A DNA stretch of 64,000 bases from Eledone cirrhosa (taxonomy: Eukaryota). The notes under the pieces were generated by a model, which worked only from the letters and a program-made list of their open reading frames with translations, had not been told where the DNA came from and did not search any database. The stretch is from positions 317,006,001 through 317,070,000 of the forward strand of contig OZ024742.1 in the NCBI GenBank assembly GCA_964016885.1. The letters run 5' to 3'. The position numbers were made by a program, and so were the translations under genes. Below are positions 26,641 to 39,100 of the stretch, one piece after another; position 1 is the stretch's first letter, and each line of letters opens with the position of its first letter.

Positions 26641-29130
26641 GGCGCTTTGAAAAACGATCTAGATTCTATAAGGACAATAATATGTTCAAAAACAACCAAA
26701 GGAACTTCTACAGAAAAATTGGTAAGTCAACAATAACTGCTAAATTGATACCACCCAAGGAGGAAGTGCAAGAATTCTGGGAAAAGATCTGGGCCGAAGA
26801 AAAAGTTCATAATATACATGCCCCATGGATAGACAGACAAATGAAAGATACAGCTCACCTTGAGGAACAAATATGGGAAAATATAACAGTTGAACAGTTG
26901 CGTTTCGCTCTTAGAAAAACCAGCAAATGGAAATCCCCAGGAAAAGACAAAATACCAAATTTTTGGATAAATGCCTTCACAGAGTCTCATGAGCTGTTAG
27001 CCCAACTTTACAATGAAATAGTTAAGGAGCCAGAAAAGATACCATCATGGCTAGTTAACGGCATTACATTCCTGCTTCCGAAGAATGATGAAACAAACAA
27101 TCCCAAAAATTACAGACCGATAACTTGCTTGACCACGAAGTATAACATTTTAACATCAGTCCTAACTGAATATACATATGACCACCTGATAACAAATGAC
27201 CTATTTCCCAATGAGCAGAAAGGGTGTAAACGAGGCTCATATGACTGTAAGGATCAGCTTTTGGTTAACAAAATGATACTGCAAGATTGTCATAATAGAC
27301 ACAAAATTCTATCAATTGCTTGGATAGATTATAAAAAAGCATTCGATAGTTTGCCACACAGTTGGATTGAAAAATGTTTAGAGATTTTCAAAATATCTCC
27401 CGTTGTCAGGAGGTTCTTGTCATTCAGTATGAAGACATAGAAAACGACACTCCTTTTGAATAGTGAAAAAGAATCACTCACTGGAAGTTGGAGAAGTTAA
27501 TATTAATTGTGAAATGTTTCAGGGTGACTCTTTATCACCGCTTTTATTCTGCATACCATTAAGTAAAATGCTCAATGAAACAAAACACGGATATAAAGTC
27601 TATGACAAAACAATTAATCACTTGTTCTACATGGAAGACCTGAAATTATTTGCAAAAAATGATGAACAATTGCAAGGGCTATTATCCACTGTGGAGCAGT
27701 TCAGTGATCACATTAAAATGGAGTTTGGACTAGATAAATGCGCCAAAGCAACGTTCACCAGAGGAAAGCTGTTGAAAAGTTCAGACATTAATCTTGATCT
27801 GGGGAATGTGATAAGGGAACTTGATCAAGAGGAAACTTACACATATCTAGGTGTTTGTGAAGGAGACGGAATCAAGCACTCGACAATGAGGGAAAGGATA
27901 AGGAAGGAATGTTACCGCAGAGTAAGAGCAATCTTAAGAACGTAATTGAATGCAAGGAATAGCATCGATGCCATAAACACGCTTGCCACACCAGTAGTAA
28001 CCTACAGTTATAATGTCATCAACTAGTCAAGCACAGAGATCCGTAGGCTCGATACAAAAATTCGAAAATTCTTAACCATGTACAGAATGCATCACTCTAA
28101 GGCAGATACAGATAGAATATATCTCCCTAGAGAAGAAGGAGGACGTGGGTTAATCCAGTTAGATATTGCGTTGAAAACTGCAACAATTGTATTATCTACA
28201 TATCTAAGGGAATCACATGATTGGATGATCAAACTCGTTTTGAAACACGAAAGCATCAAAAGACCATACTCCATTACAAAAGATGCACAAAGATACAGTA
28301 ATGGACTTTAACCCATCAGTGGTTGGCATCCTCTGGACTGAAATCGGAGACTGGAGGACTGATTATATCAGCACAAGATCAGTGTCTGCCAACAAAATAT
28401 TACCAAGCCAACATAATAAAATATGGATGCAACCCATTATGCCGTGTATGTAAAAAAACAACCAGAGACCATTGATCATATAATTTCAATGTGCAGTCCT
28501 ATAGCTCCATCCGAATACCTAAACAGGCATGACAGAGCTGCACAATACATACATTGGATAATGTGTAAGCATTTTGACCTGCCCCATCAAAAGAATTGGT
28601 GGGATCATCAACCACCTCCCATACTTGAAAAAGATCACATCTCAATCTTGTGGAACTGTAGCATCCAAACAGACCGAAAAATAGATGCAAATAGACCTGA
28701 TATAATACTGAAGGACTTTAAAAAGAGGGTATGCCTTCTAATTGTGATGTCCGTTCCAATAGACAAGAATGTATCTATAAAAACATTTGAAAAATTGAGC
28801 AAGTATAAGGACCTGGAGATAGAAATTGGAATAATGTGGAAATTGAGATCTAAAACAATACCAGTGGTTGTAGGCGCTCTGGGAATGATACATAAGGGGT
28901 CTAATGATTACTTATCGCAAATCCCAGGAAACCCGCGTATAGGAGAAATACAAAAGATAGTACTAATGGGAACTGCCCATATACTAAGGAAGATTCTGTC
29001 AATATAAGTACATCACAAGTCTAAACACCTAAAGATGCATGTGTGTATATGTATGTTCTTTCTCGAACATGGCGGACCTTGTTGTCTCTTGAGGTCACTG
29101 GTTGTAACATAAAGAAAGATACATGCAACT
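26641..29130 (+). mobile_element. R4/Dong-like element R2 (family D), 5'-truncated, disrupted
   Basis: RT motifs WKSPGKD, YRPITCL, WIDYKKAFDS, QGDSLSP, YMED, GGRGL; RLE ORF 28423-29007 (RPDI..KYKDL); tail (AAT)n. Confidence 0.93.
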
Positions 29131-29165
<35 letters not shown>

Positions 29166-29183
29166 AGTAATAATAATAATAAC

Positions 29184-30130
29184 GTAACTGCAAAGAAAGA
29201 ACTGCTACAGAAACTGGCTAAGAAATGGCAAGAAAAGCCTCTGTATGGAAAATACCCAGAGCGAGCTAACAATCCTGATGTTGACAAAACTTTAACCCAT
29301 CAGTGGTTGGCATCCTCTGGACAGAAATCGGAGACTGAAGGACTGATTATATCGGCACAAGATCAGTGTCTGCCAATAAAAAATTACCAAGCCAACATAA
29401 TAAAAAATCGGTGCAGCCCATTATGCCGTGTATGCAAAAAACAACCAGAGACCATTGACCATATAATTTCAATGTGCAGTCCTATAGCTCCAACCGAATA
29501 CCGAAACAGGCATGACAGAGCTGCACGATACATACATTGGATAATGTGTAAGCATTTTGACCTGCCCCATCAAAAGAATTGGTGGGAGCATCAACCACCT
29601 CCCATACTTGAAAAAGATCACATCTCAATCTTGTGGAACTTTAGCATCCAAACAGACCGAAAAATAGATGCAAATAGACCTGATATAATATTGAAGGACT
29701 TTCAAAGGAGGGTATGCCTGCTAATTGATATGTCTGTTCCAATAGACAAGAATGTATCTATAAAAACATTTGAAAAATTGAGCAAGTATAAGGACCTGGA
29801 GATAGAAATTGGAATAATGTGGAAATTGAGATCTAAAACAATACCAGTGGTTGTAGGCGCTCTGGGAATGATACATAAGGGGTCTAATGGTTACTTATCG
29901 CAAATCCCAGGAAACCCGCGTATAGGAGAAATACAAAAGATAGTACTAATGGGAACTGCCCATATACTAAGGAAGATCCTGTCAATATAAGTACATCACA
30001 AGTCTAAACACTAAGGATGCATGTGTGAATATGTATGTTCTTTCTTGAACATGGCGGACCTTGTTGTCTCTTGAGGTCACTGGTTGTGACTTGGTGATAA
30101 CTCGTATAAACATAAAGCAAGATAAATGCA
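29184..30130 (+). mobile_element. R4/Dong-like element R3 (family D), 3' fragment
   Basis: ORF to 29990 with CRVC..ETIDHIISMC, RHD, RPDI, KYKDL; near-identical to the 3' ends of R2 and R5. Confidence 0.93.
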
Positions 30131-30160
<30 letters not shown>

Positions 30161-30162
<2 letters not shown>

Positions 30163-33100
30163 TTTCTTTATTGGCCACAAGGGCTGACATCAAGAAAAAC
30201 ATCACAGACGGAACAGGACGGTACGATGTGGGTTTTGTGCGTGTAAATATTTTTATTATTTATATAAGAAAAGAAAAAAAGACATAAAACACATATATAT
30301 AAACAATAAAATGAAAATTCAAACAATGAAAAATTCCCCAATAGTGGGGAAACCTCCGAGGGTTACTCGTGGCGAAAACCACACAAAAGACCACGGCCAC
30401 CCTGACTACCAGGGCAAGCGCCCTCTCAATTTTTCCATCTCTCAAACTACAGACGTATATTCAGAGTGGTCCCGTTCACTCGGACCATTCTCGCTACATT
30501 CACCCACCTTTCAACAAACTTGCTAGAAAGCAGCACTTGCCTCTCCATCCTGATTTTCCTCTTTAAGTGAAACTTGAAAAAGTTAATTAGGGATTCGCTG
30601 AAGAGGAAAGTGTTTGTCTTTAATCCTTTTAACCTTGTCCACCACACAATCTCTTTCGCCATGGCCACCAGGCAGATGAAAACCGCCTGCCCTTCCTCCT
30701 CAAAGGAAGACGGCGAGACCATCTGCACAATGGACTCAGTCGACAACCGGATCAGTCCCACACGTGACAGCAACTGTTCGACATAGATCCACAAGTCAGC
30801 AAAGTTTGGGCACTGAACGAGTGCGTGCATAACGGTTTCGTTGCTATGCGAGCACCTCGGACAGGCTCGGCTGACGGCACTTCCGTGTCTATAGACCTTA
30901 TCTCGAACCGGCAGCTTTCCCCGGTAGCACTGCCAAGCCAGGGATTTTTGGAAGTTATCCATAGGCCCCGGCTGAAAGTTCTCCGGAAGAGAGCAAACAG
31001 CTGATCTTCTTCGACGCCCAGGATCTCTCTGAGAATGTCGTCGCTCTTCCCCTCCACTAGTCCTCTATATAACGCCGAGGTGGATGTTCCACCGATACTG
31101 GTGCCCAACTGGGAGAGGGCAGTGAGCGCCTGGAGACATTCCAGTTTCCAAGGGCTATCCCTCGGTCTTTTTCTGACCCAGGACTACAGCTCCGTCAAGG
31201 AGACGAGCTGTGGGAAAATGTGCCTGGCGAACGGCGACCACACCCGTTCACCATCAAGGAAGCACCAGAGATGTCGCAGCCTCAGCGCATGTTTGCGCAT
31301 CATCAGCCATGGCATGCCCAGTCCTCCATGCAACGGGTGTTGACAGCAGACTGATCGTCTGACAAATGGAGCGCGTCCCTTCCACAACAAGCGGAAGAGG
31401 AGGCGCTCCATTTTGGTGAGAGTTGGGCTGGAGCAAGGGACGACGGTGAGGCGGTAGCAGATGACGGATGCGATGTACGCATTCGCCACTTCCGCCCGGC
31501 CTTTCAGGAACAGCTTCCTCTCAGCCCATTTCTGGGTGAGGGAGGCCACCCTGCTTGTCACCTTGTTCCAGTTTTTCTCCATCTGGAGGTCCGGTCCGAA
31601 CCAGACCCCGAGCAATTTAACCGGTCCGTCCGTCCAACGCCCCACGACGCTGTCGGAAGGCATGGACTTGCCTCTCCAGGTGCCTAGCTGCAAGCCCACC
31701 GACTTTTCCTGGTTTATCTTTGCTCCTGTCACCGCTTCGTATTCCTTGAGAGCGGTGCCGAGCATCTGGACGTATCTGGTGCTTGACACCACCACGGTGA
31801 CGTCGTCAGCGTAAGCCGACTCGGATTTCCCGCATCCTAGTTCGCGTGGGACGCCCCTCATCGCCCCCAGTTTGTGCAGTAACGGCTCGAGAGCCAATAC
31901 GTACAAGAGGGACGAGAGGGGCCAACCCTGGCGGACTGAGCGCATGATGCTGAACGGCTGCGGCAGGTGACCGTTCACCCTCACAACTAAGCAGATGTCG
32001 CTGTACATTGCTGCGATCCAACGCCTGAAAACGGGCCCGAAACCGGCTGCCTCGAGGACCGCCGCCAGGTACCGATGGTCGGCCCTATCGAATGCTTTGG
32101 ATTGATCCAAGTTGATCAGGGCCCCACCCTTGCCAGGTTCCTTAACCACCCTCTCTATGATGTATCGCATGAAAGTGGAGGTTGTCGTGTATGGATCTGT
32201 CTGGAATGGCTCATGCCTGGGCCTCTCCCACCAGACCCTTGACGACAAGCGCCAACCTCGTTGCTAACACCTTGGCCAAAATCTTGAACTCTGCGTTTAG
32301 CAGAGTTATGGGCCTGAAATTATCAATAACATCCCCCTTGTTCGGGTCTTTTCTCAGCAGCGCCACTGCTCCCCGGCTCACAAAACTGGGAATGCTCCCG
32401 TTCTGCTGCCAGTTGAGTAGACGTCTGCCAAGAGGTCACCGAACAAGTCTGGCATAAATGCATAAAGATCGTAGGGCAACTATCTAAACCTGGCGATTTA
32501 CCTCTTGTGCAGTTAGCCATCGCTTTCCGTATTTCACCGGCTGTTATTGGCTTTTCGCAACACTGTGCTGCTGTCGTCGAGAGCCGAGGCAGTCCGTCGA
32601 GGTATGCACTGAAGTCTATGCCCCGATCCGGGCCGCCTCCGCTCCCGAACAGTTCAGCAAAGTGCTGCTGAAAAGCTTCACACATGCGCTCGGGTTCGAG
32701 CATCACGCACCCGTTTTGGTCAGACAAAGACCGAATTGTGGCTTTATTTCCACGTCGCGCCTCTGCCACCCGGGCTCATTGGACGGCTTTTGTCCCCTCG
32801 TGTTTCAGAGCACGCGCTATAGCTCTGACAATGCAGCCTTCGTGTTTTGCGTTGAAGAATTGGTCGAGTGCCAATCTCGCCGCAAGCACGTCGGTTGCGA
32901 TGCCTGTCCTAAACGCCTCTTCTAGCTTTCTGACTAGCTCTCCCTCTACTCTATTTTCCTCTATCACTACTCCTTTGCTAAACCTAATCGACTCTACTTT
33001 AATTACCCTTTTCAGGGCGACCCACCAGCTGTTGTTGACGACCGCTCCACGCAACGCCCGCTTAACTAATACGCTAATCCGGTCTCTGTAGGCCTTGCTC

Positions 33101-36055
33101 GCCGGGAAAGACACGTTCAGCTTCCAGTAACCAGGCCCTTGTCTATGAAGTCTGTCTATGTCGATCTCACAGATCACAAATTTGTGGTCAGTGTAGTCGA
33201 CTATTTTTAATTGTGAACAACTTATACTAACCTTATCTAGTTCCCTGCAGAATACCCTATCTAGATACGATCTGGATGACCCGATGCGGTTTGTCCATGT
33301 CCACATTGGCACATTCGGGTGATCCAGTCGATACCTGTCAGACAGTTCAAAACGTCTGAGCAGGTTGGTGAGGCTCTTGCACCCTCCTCCCCTATCCACT
33401 AGCCCCACACGATCCCAGCGTGCATCCAAGATACCGTTCCAGTCGCCCACTAACACTAAAGAGCGGGACGTTCCAAGAAAGTTCTCTAGACGTCTGAAGA
33501 AATCTGGCCGTCTTCGCCTGTCAGGGCGTAGACGGCTACTAGCCTGAAAGCATTGCCTTCTCTGCCGGTCACGTCCAGCACCACCGACTTACCTTCTGGA
33601 TCCAAGCCTCCCCGAAAAAGGACGGCAACGCCTCCCCCCTATCCTAGACTGCTGGAAGATGCGGATACATCGTAGCCGCCGAAGATCGGTGCGAAGGCCC
33701 GTGCCTCGGAGATTCTGGTTTCACTGATGGCCACCACATCTATGTTTAGTGACCTGAGGTCATTGAGCAGGTGACACTGCTTCCAAGATGACCCCAGGCC
33801 ACGTGCTTTTATACTGCCTATTCTGAGTACAGCCATGTTGGATGAGAAACGGGGCAAATGAGAAAGGGTCACTTACCTTGTTCGTGTGGTGAAGGGACAG
33901 TGGAACCGTCCCTTTCGCTGGCCATGGGTGTTTCCAAGAGGATGTCAGTGTATATCCTCTTGGTAACCGTCCCTCTGAAGTCTCCAACTGCGTTGGGGAA
34001 TTTTTGTTTTAAAGGTTTGTTTTGTTCTATTGAGATTTCGATGATGCTTATGTTTGTCGGGAGAGTTCTTGAGATTGGTGGGGTGTAGTAGTTTTTTTCC
34101 GTGATGGCTGTGCTGCTTTATATATTTTATTAGTTCTTTTTTTGCTATATTTATGGCTGTGTACTTTTTTGGGGGAGGGGTGATTTTGTTGCCGTTTTCT
34201 TCTTGTTGCTGTTTGGTGTGTGTGTCTTGTTGTGTTTGCGTTGTTGGTGTTTGTGGTGGTGTTGCTGCAAGTTTCCTCGCTGCCTTTACCCCTCTTTGTA
34301 TGCCTTCGCTTTTGGAGGGTGAATCTAAGGATTTTTTTCTTTTTTCTTTTTTGTGGCAGACTGTTTGCCACGTCACTCCCGCCTCAAATTCCATGTCGGA
34401 TTCTGTGGCGTCTGGGAGGGGTATGTGTTCCACGGCTGTTGGTGGTGGTAGTGGAGCCCTCTTCGGCAATTTTGTTGCTGGTGTAGCTATTTCAAATGTA
34501 GCTATTGGTGTTGCCGCTACTGATGATGCTGCTTTATTTATCCGTGGCCTTGGTACGGGTGCTACGGACGTTGCCCTCCTACTCACCGTGGAAGGGGCTT
34601 CTTCGTTTGTTGCCTGTCCTGCTCTTGGTAGCAGCGGACCAGGTATTGGAAGGAGAGGGGCCCTCTTCGGTGTCTTCTGCGGGCAAAAGGCCCTGAGGTG
34701 ACCTTTCGACCCACAGAGATAACATTTTGGCCGTCTTCCTTCTACACTTATAGGGAGTTGGAGTCCTTCCTCGAAGTCTATGATATCGGGGATAGGCTCG
34801 ATACATTCCTCGTCAGTTTGTATAAGCATTTTGATGCCTATACCTGACCAGTTCTCTCTCCCTATTTTTTCTACTTGCAGCATGGTCGCCCTGTTCTCAA
34901 TTCCAGCAAGGACAGACGCGGCCAGCCAAGGTATGGGCACGTCTGGTGGGACCTGGGTCACTTTGACCCTCGCAATTTTCTGCCCGCAGTAGGAGGGCAC
35001 CAAGACTAACTCCTCACTCTTTAGGGTTTCCAAAGAGTGAGACTTTGCTTCCTGGGGGGTGGCGAAAAGTACGTCTACTGTGGCGTACTTTCTGCCTCGG
35101 GTGATGTGGGTTTTGCGTGCCCAGACGCACCCCAAGGCTTTTGGGACTTGAGCCTCCGTGGCTCTCTCCACTCGATGTGAGATTTTGCTTACGGTGCGGT
35201 AAGTCACCGTCCGTAGCTACTGGTCCTTGAAAAAATCGGGTGGAGGTTTCAGGGAAACTCTATTTGCGCTTCTTGTCACCATGGCCCTTGCGACTGCCAT
35301 CTCCTCCTCTGTGACTAACACTCTCTCGATATTTCGGGCGACACCTGCAAAAGAAGTAGTCCCTTTTTCAGCAGCACCACTATTGCTGCCGCTACTGGTC
35401 TTACTGGTGGTGCTGAGGTCGCTATTACAGGTATCGGTGTCATTGTTGTTCTTTTCGCTGGTACAGTTGTTGGTGTTGTTTTCGTTGATACTGTTGCCGC
35501 TGTTACTGTTATTGTGGCTGTTGTTATTATTGTTGTTTTTGTTGATACGGTTCCTACTATTATTGTTGTTGTGGCTGTTGTTATTGTCATTGTTATTGTC
35601 GTTCTCGACTTTACCGCTGTTATTTTTGGTGTTGTTGTTGGTGATGTTGTTGGTGTTATTGTTAGTGTTGTTTGTGTTAGAAATATTTGGTAATTTTAAA
35701 TCTGTAACAATCTTTTTTTCGTTTGTAATATTTTCGTTTATATTTACCTCCGCTGGAAGGCTGTCTTATTGACATGCTGATAAAGTCTCCCTCTCTCTGT
35801 GTTGTCTGACAGCGCTATCTCTCTTTGTGTTATCCAAGTTGAAATTTTTCAAAAAAGTATTTTTACACAAATACGAATACGAATACGACACCCCGTAAAG
35901 GGGTGCCGTATTATTTACTAGTGAACCCCTGTATTAGGTGGGTCACTTCTTCTAAACTTTTATCAAATTTAAAACTTGAATAAAAGGTTTAGAACGGTTG
36001 AAAAAGAGGTAAAACGTTGTAAAAGACTGGAGGCGATAAGAAGCGTGGCTTCACC
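30161..36055 (-). mobile_element. Tx1/L1-clade retrotransposon T2 (family B), full length, frameshifted
   Basis: ORF1 33945-35207; ORF2 starts at 33836 (MAVLRIGSI.ARGL) with pieces 32776-33456, 32323-32769, 31184-32248 (AYADD) and 30447-30962. (AAT)n on both sides. Confidence 0.94.
33945..35207 (-). pseudogene. Tx1 ORF1 (gag-like, single CCHC knuckle, Pro/Thr-rich linker)
   Basis: VEGRRPKCYLCGSKGHLRAFC; homologous to ORF1 pieces of T1, T3 and T5; frameshift near the C-terminus. Confidence 0.85.
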
Positions 36056-36064
36056 AACAACAAC

Positions 36065-36115
<51 letters not shown>

Positions 36116-36117
<2 letters not shown>

Positions 36118-39100
36118 TTTCTTTATTAACCACAAGGGTTTACATAAAGTAGACATTAAGGAGAGTGCAGGACAATACAGTACGGTACAAATGGGCATTT
36201 CTGCGTGTAAAAAACAAAAACAGAGGATGTAACAAAAAATAACAATGAAAAATTCCTCAATAGGGGGGAGACTTCGGAGGGACATTTGTGGAGAAAGCCC
36301 AGTGAAAAGGCCACAATGACCCTGACCACCAAGGCAAGTGCCCTCTCCCAGTTTTCCACCTTTAATTTACAGATATATACTCAGAGTAGGCCCATTCACT
36401 CGGGCCATTCTTGCTTCTCTCAACCCATCTTTCAACAAAATGATGGGATGAGAGCATTTCCCTCTCTACTCTGATTTTCCTTTTCAAATGAAATTTGAAA
36501 AAGTCAATCAGAGCATCACCGAAGAGGTAAGTGCTCGTCTTCAGCCCTTTCAAACGTATCCACCATACTATCTCTTTCGCCATGGCCACCAGACAGATAA
36601 AAACTGCCTGCCCTTCCCGGCTAAAGGAGGAGGGCGGGGCAATCCTCACGATGAACTCAGATGATAGCCGGATCCGTCCTAAACGCGACAGCAGGTGTTC
36701 GACATAAACCCACAAGTCAGCAATTTTCGGACACTGGACGAGTGCGTGCAGGACGGTTTCGTCGCCCTGCGCGCATCTCGGACATGCCCGGCTGACGGCA
36801 CCTCCATGCCTGTAGAGTTTATCCCGAACTGGCAAGGCTCCTCGGTAGCACTGCCAGGCCAGAGATTTCTGGAAGTTGTCCATAGGCCCTGGCCCGAAAG
36901 TTCTTCCGAAGAGATTGGCTAGTTGATTTTCGTCGACGCCTAGAGTTTCCCCAAGTACGTCGTCGCTCTTCCCCTCCACTAATCCTCTATAGAACGCCGA
37001 GGTGGAGTTTCCACCGATCACATTGCCCGATTGGTCGAGGGCTGTGAGCGCCTGAAGACATTCCAGTCTCCAGACGCTCCCTCTCGGTCTTCGCTTGACC
37101 CAGGACTGCAGCTCCGTCAAGGAAACGAGCTGGGGAAATACGCGTCTAGCAAACGGCGACCACACCTGATCACCGTCGAGGAAGAGGTGGAGATGTGGTA
37201 GCCTGAGCGCGTGCCTGCGCATCATCAGCCACGGCACGCCCAGCCCTCCACGTAGCCGGTGTTGACAACAGATGGACCGCCTGACCATCGGAGCGCGTCC
37301 CTTCCACAAAAAGCGAAAGAGCAAACGCTCCAGCGCAGTCAGGCGGGGCTTAGGACACGGTACGACGGTGAGGCGGTAGCAGATGACAGACGCGATGTAC
37401 GCGTTAGCCACCTCCGCTCGACCTTTCAGGGATAGCTTCCTCTCCGCCCATTTCTGGGTGAGAGAAGCCACCCTGCTCGTCACCTCGTCCCAGTTTTTGT
37501 CCGTCTGGAGGTCCGGACCGAACCAGACCCCTAGCAATTTAAGCGGTCCGTCCGTCCAGCGTCCGATGACGCTTTTGGACGGCATGGACCTGCCTCTCCA
37601 GGTGCCGAGCTGCAGGCCCACTGACTTTTCCTGGTTGATCATTGCTCCTGTCACCGCTTCGTATTCTCTTAGTGTAGTGCCGATCGCCTCGATGTGTTTG
37701 GCGTTCGACACCACTACGGTGACATCGTCGGCATATGCTGACACGGATCTTCCGCATCCTAGTTCGCGCGGGATGCCCCTCAACGTCTCCAGTTTGTGCA
37801 GTAATGGCTCGAGAGTCAATACGTACAAGAGGGACGAGAGGGGACATCCTTGGCGGACTGAGCGCATGATGTTGAACGGTTCTGACAGGTAACCGTTCAC
37901 TTTCACCACAGAGCAGATGTCGCTGTGCATGGCAGCGATCCAGCCTCTGAAGACGGGCCCAAAACCAGCCGCCCTCAGGACGGCTGCTAGGTAAAGATGG
38001 TCGACCCTATCGAAAGCTTTCGACTGATCTAAATTGATCAAGGACCCACCCGTGCCAGGTTCCCTAGCTACCCTCTCTACGATGTATCGCATGAGGTGGA
38101 GGTTGTCGTGGATGGATCTGTCGGGAATGGCGCATGGCTGCGCCTCTCTCACCAGACCACCAACGACAAGCGCCAAGCTCTTTGCTAGCACCTTGGCCAA
38201 AATCTTGTTCTGTTGCCAGTTAAAGTAGACGTCCGCCAAGAGGCCTCCGAACAAGTCTGGCATCTGTACGTAAAGTTCATAGGGCAGACCATCCAAACCA
38301 GGCGATTTACGCCTTGTGCAGCCAGTCATTGCCTCCCTTACTTCAGCGGCTGTTATCGGCTTTTCGCAACTCTTCGCCTCAGTGGCCAAGAGCCGCGGCA
38401 GTCCGTCGAGGTAGACACTAAAGTCCATCCCTCGACCCGGCCCACGGCTGCCCCCGAACAGCTGAGCGAAGTGTCGCTGAAAAGCTTCACACATTTGCCC
38501 GGGATCGAGTAGCATGCGCCCGTCGTGGTCCACCAAAGACCGGATCGTGGCTTTGTTGCCACGACGCGCCTCCGCCACTCGGGCGCATTGAACGGCTTTC
38601 GTCCCCTCGTGTCTGAGAGCACGCACCCTTGCTCTGACAACGCAGCCTTCGTACTTTGCATTGAAGAATTGGTCAAGGGCCAATTTCGCCGCAAGCACGT
38701 CGGTCGCAATGCCTTTGCTAAGCGCCTCGTCTAATTTTTTAACTAGTTGTCCCTCTGTTCTATTTTTCTCTATTGCTAAAGCCTTACTAAACCTAATCGA
38801 TTCTATTCTAATCGCTCTTTTCAGAGCAAACCACAACTTGTTGTTGACGATGGCCCCCGTCAACGCCCGCTTAACTAGTTCGCTAATCCGGTCTCTATAG
38901 CCCATCCGCGCTGGTAAGGACGCGTTTAGCTTCCTGTAGCCGGGTCCTCGTCTATGAAGCCTATCTAAGTCAAGCACACAGATCACGAATTTGTGGTCCG
39001 TGTAGCTGACTATCTTGAATTGTGGACAGCCTATGCTAGACCTATCTATTTCCCTACAAAATACTCTATCTAGATATGATCTGGATGACGCTATGCGATT

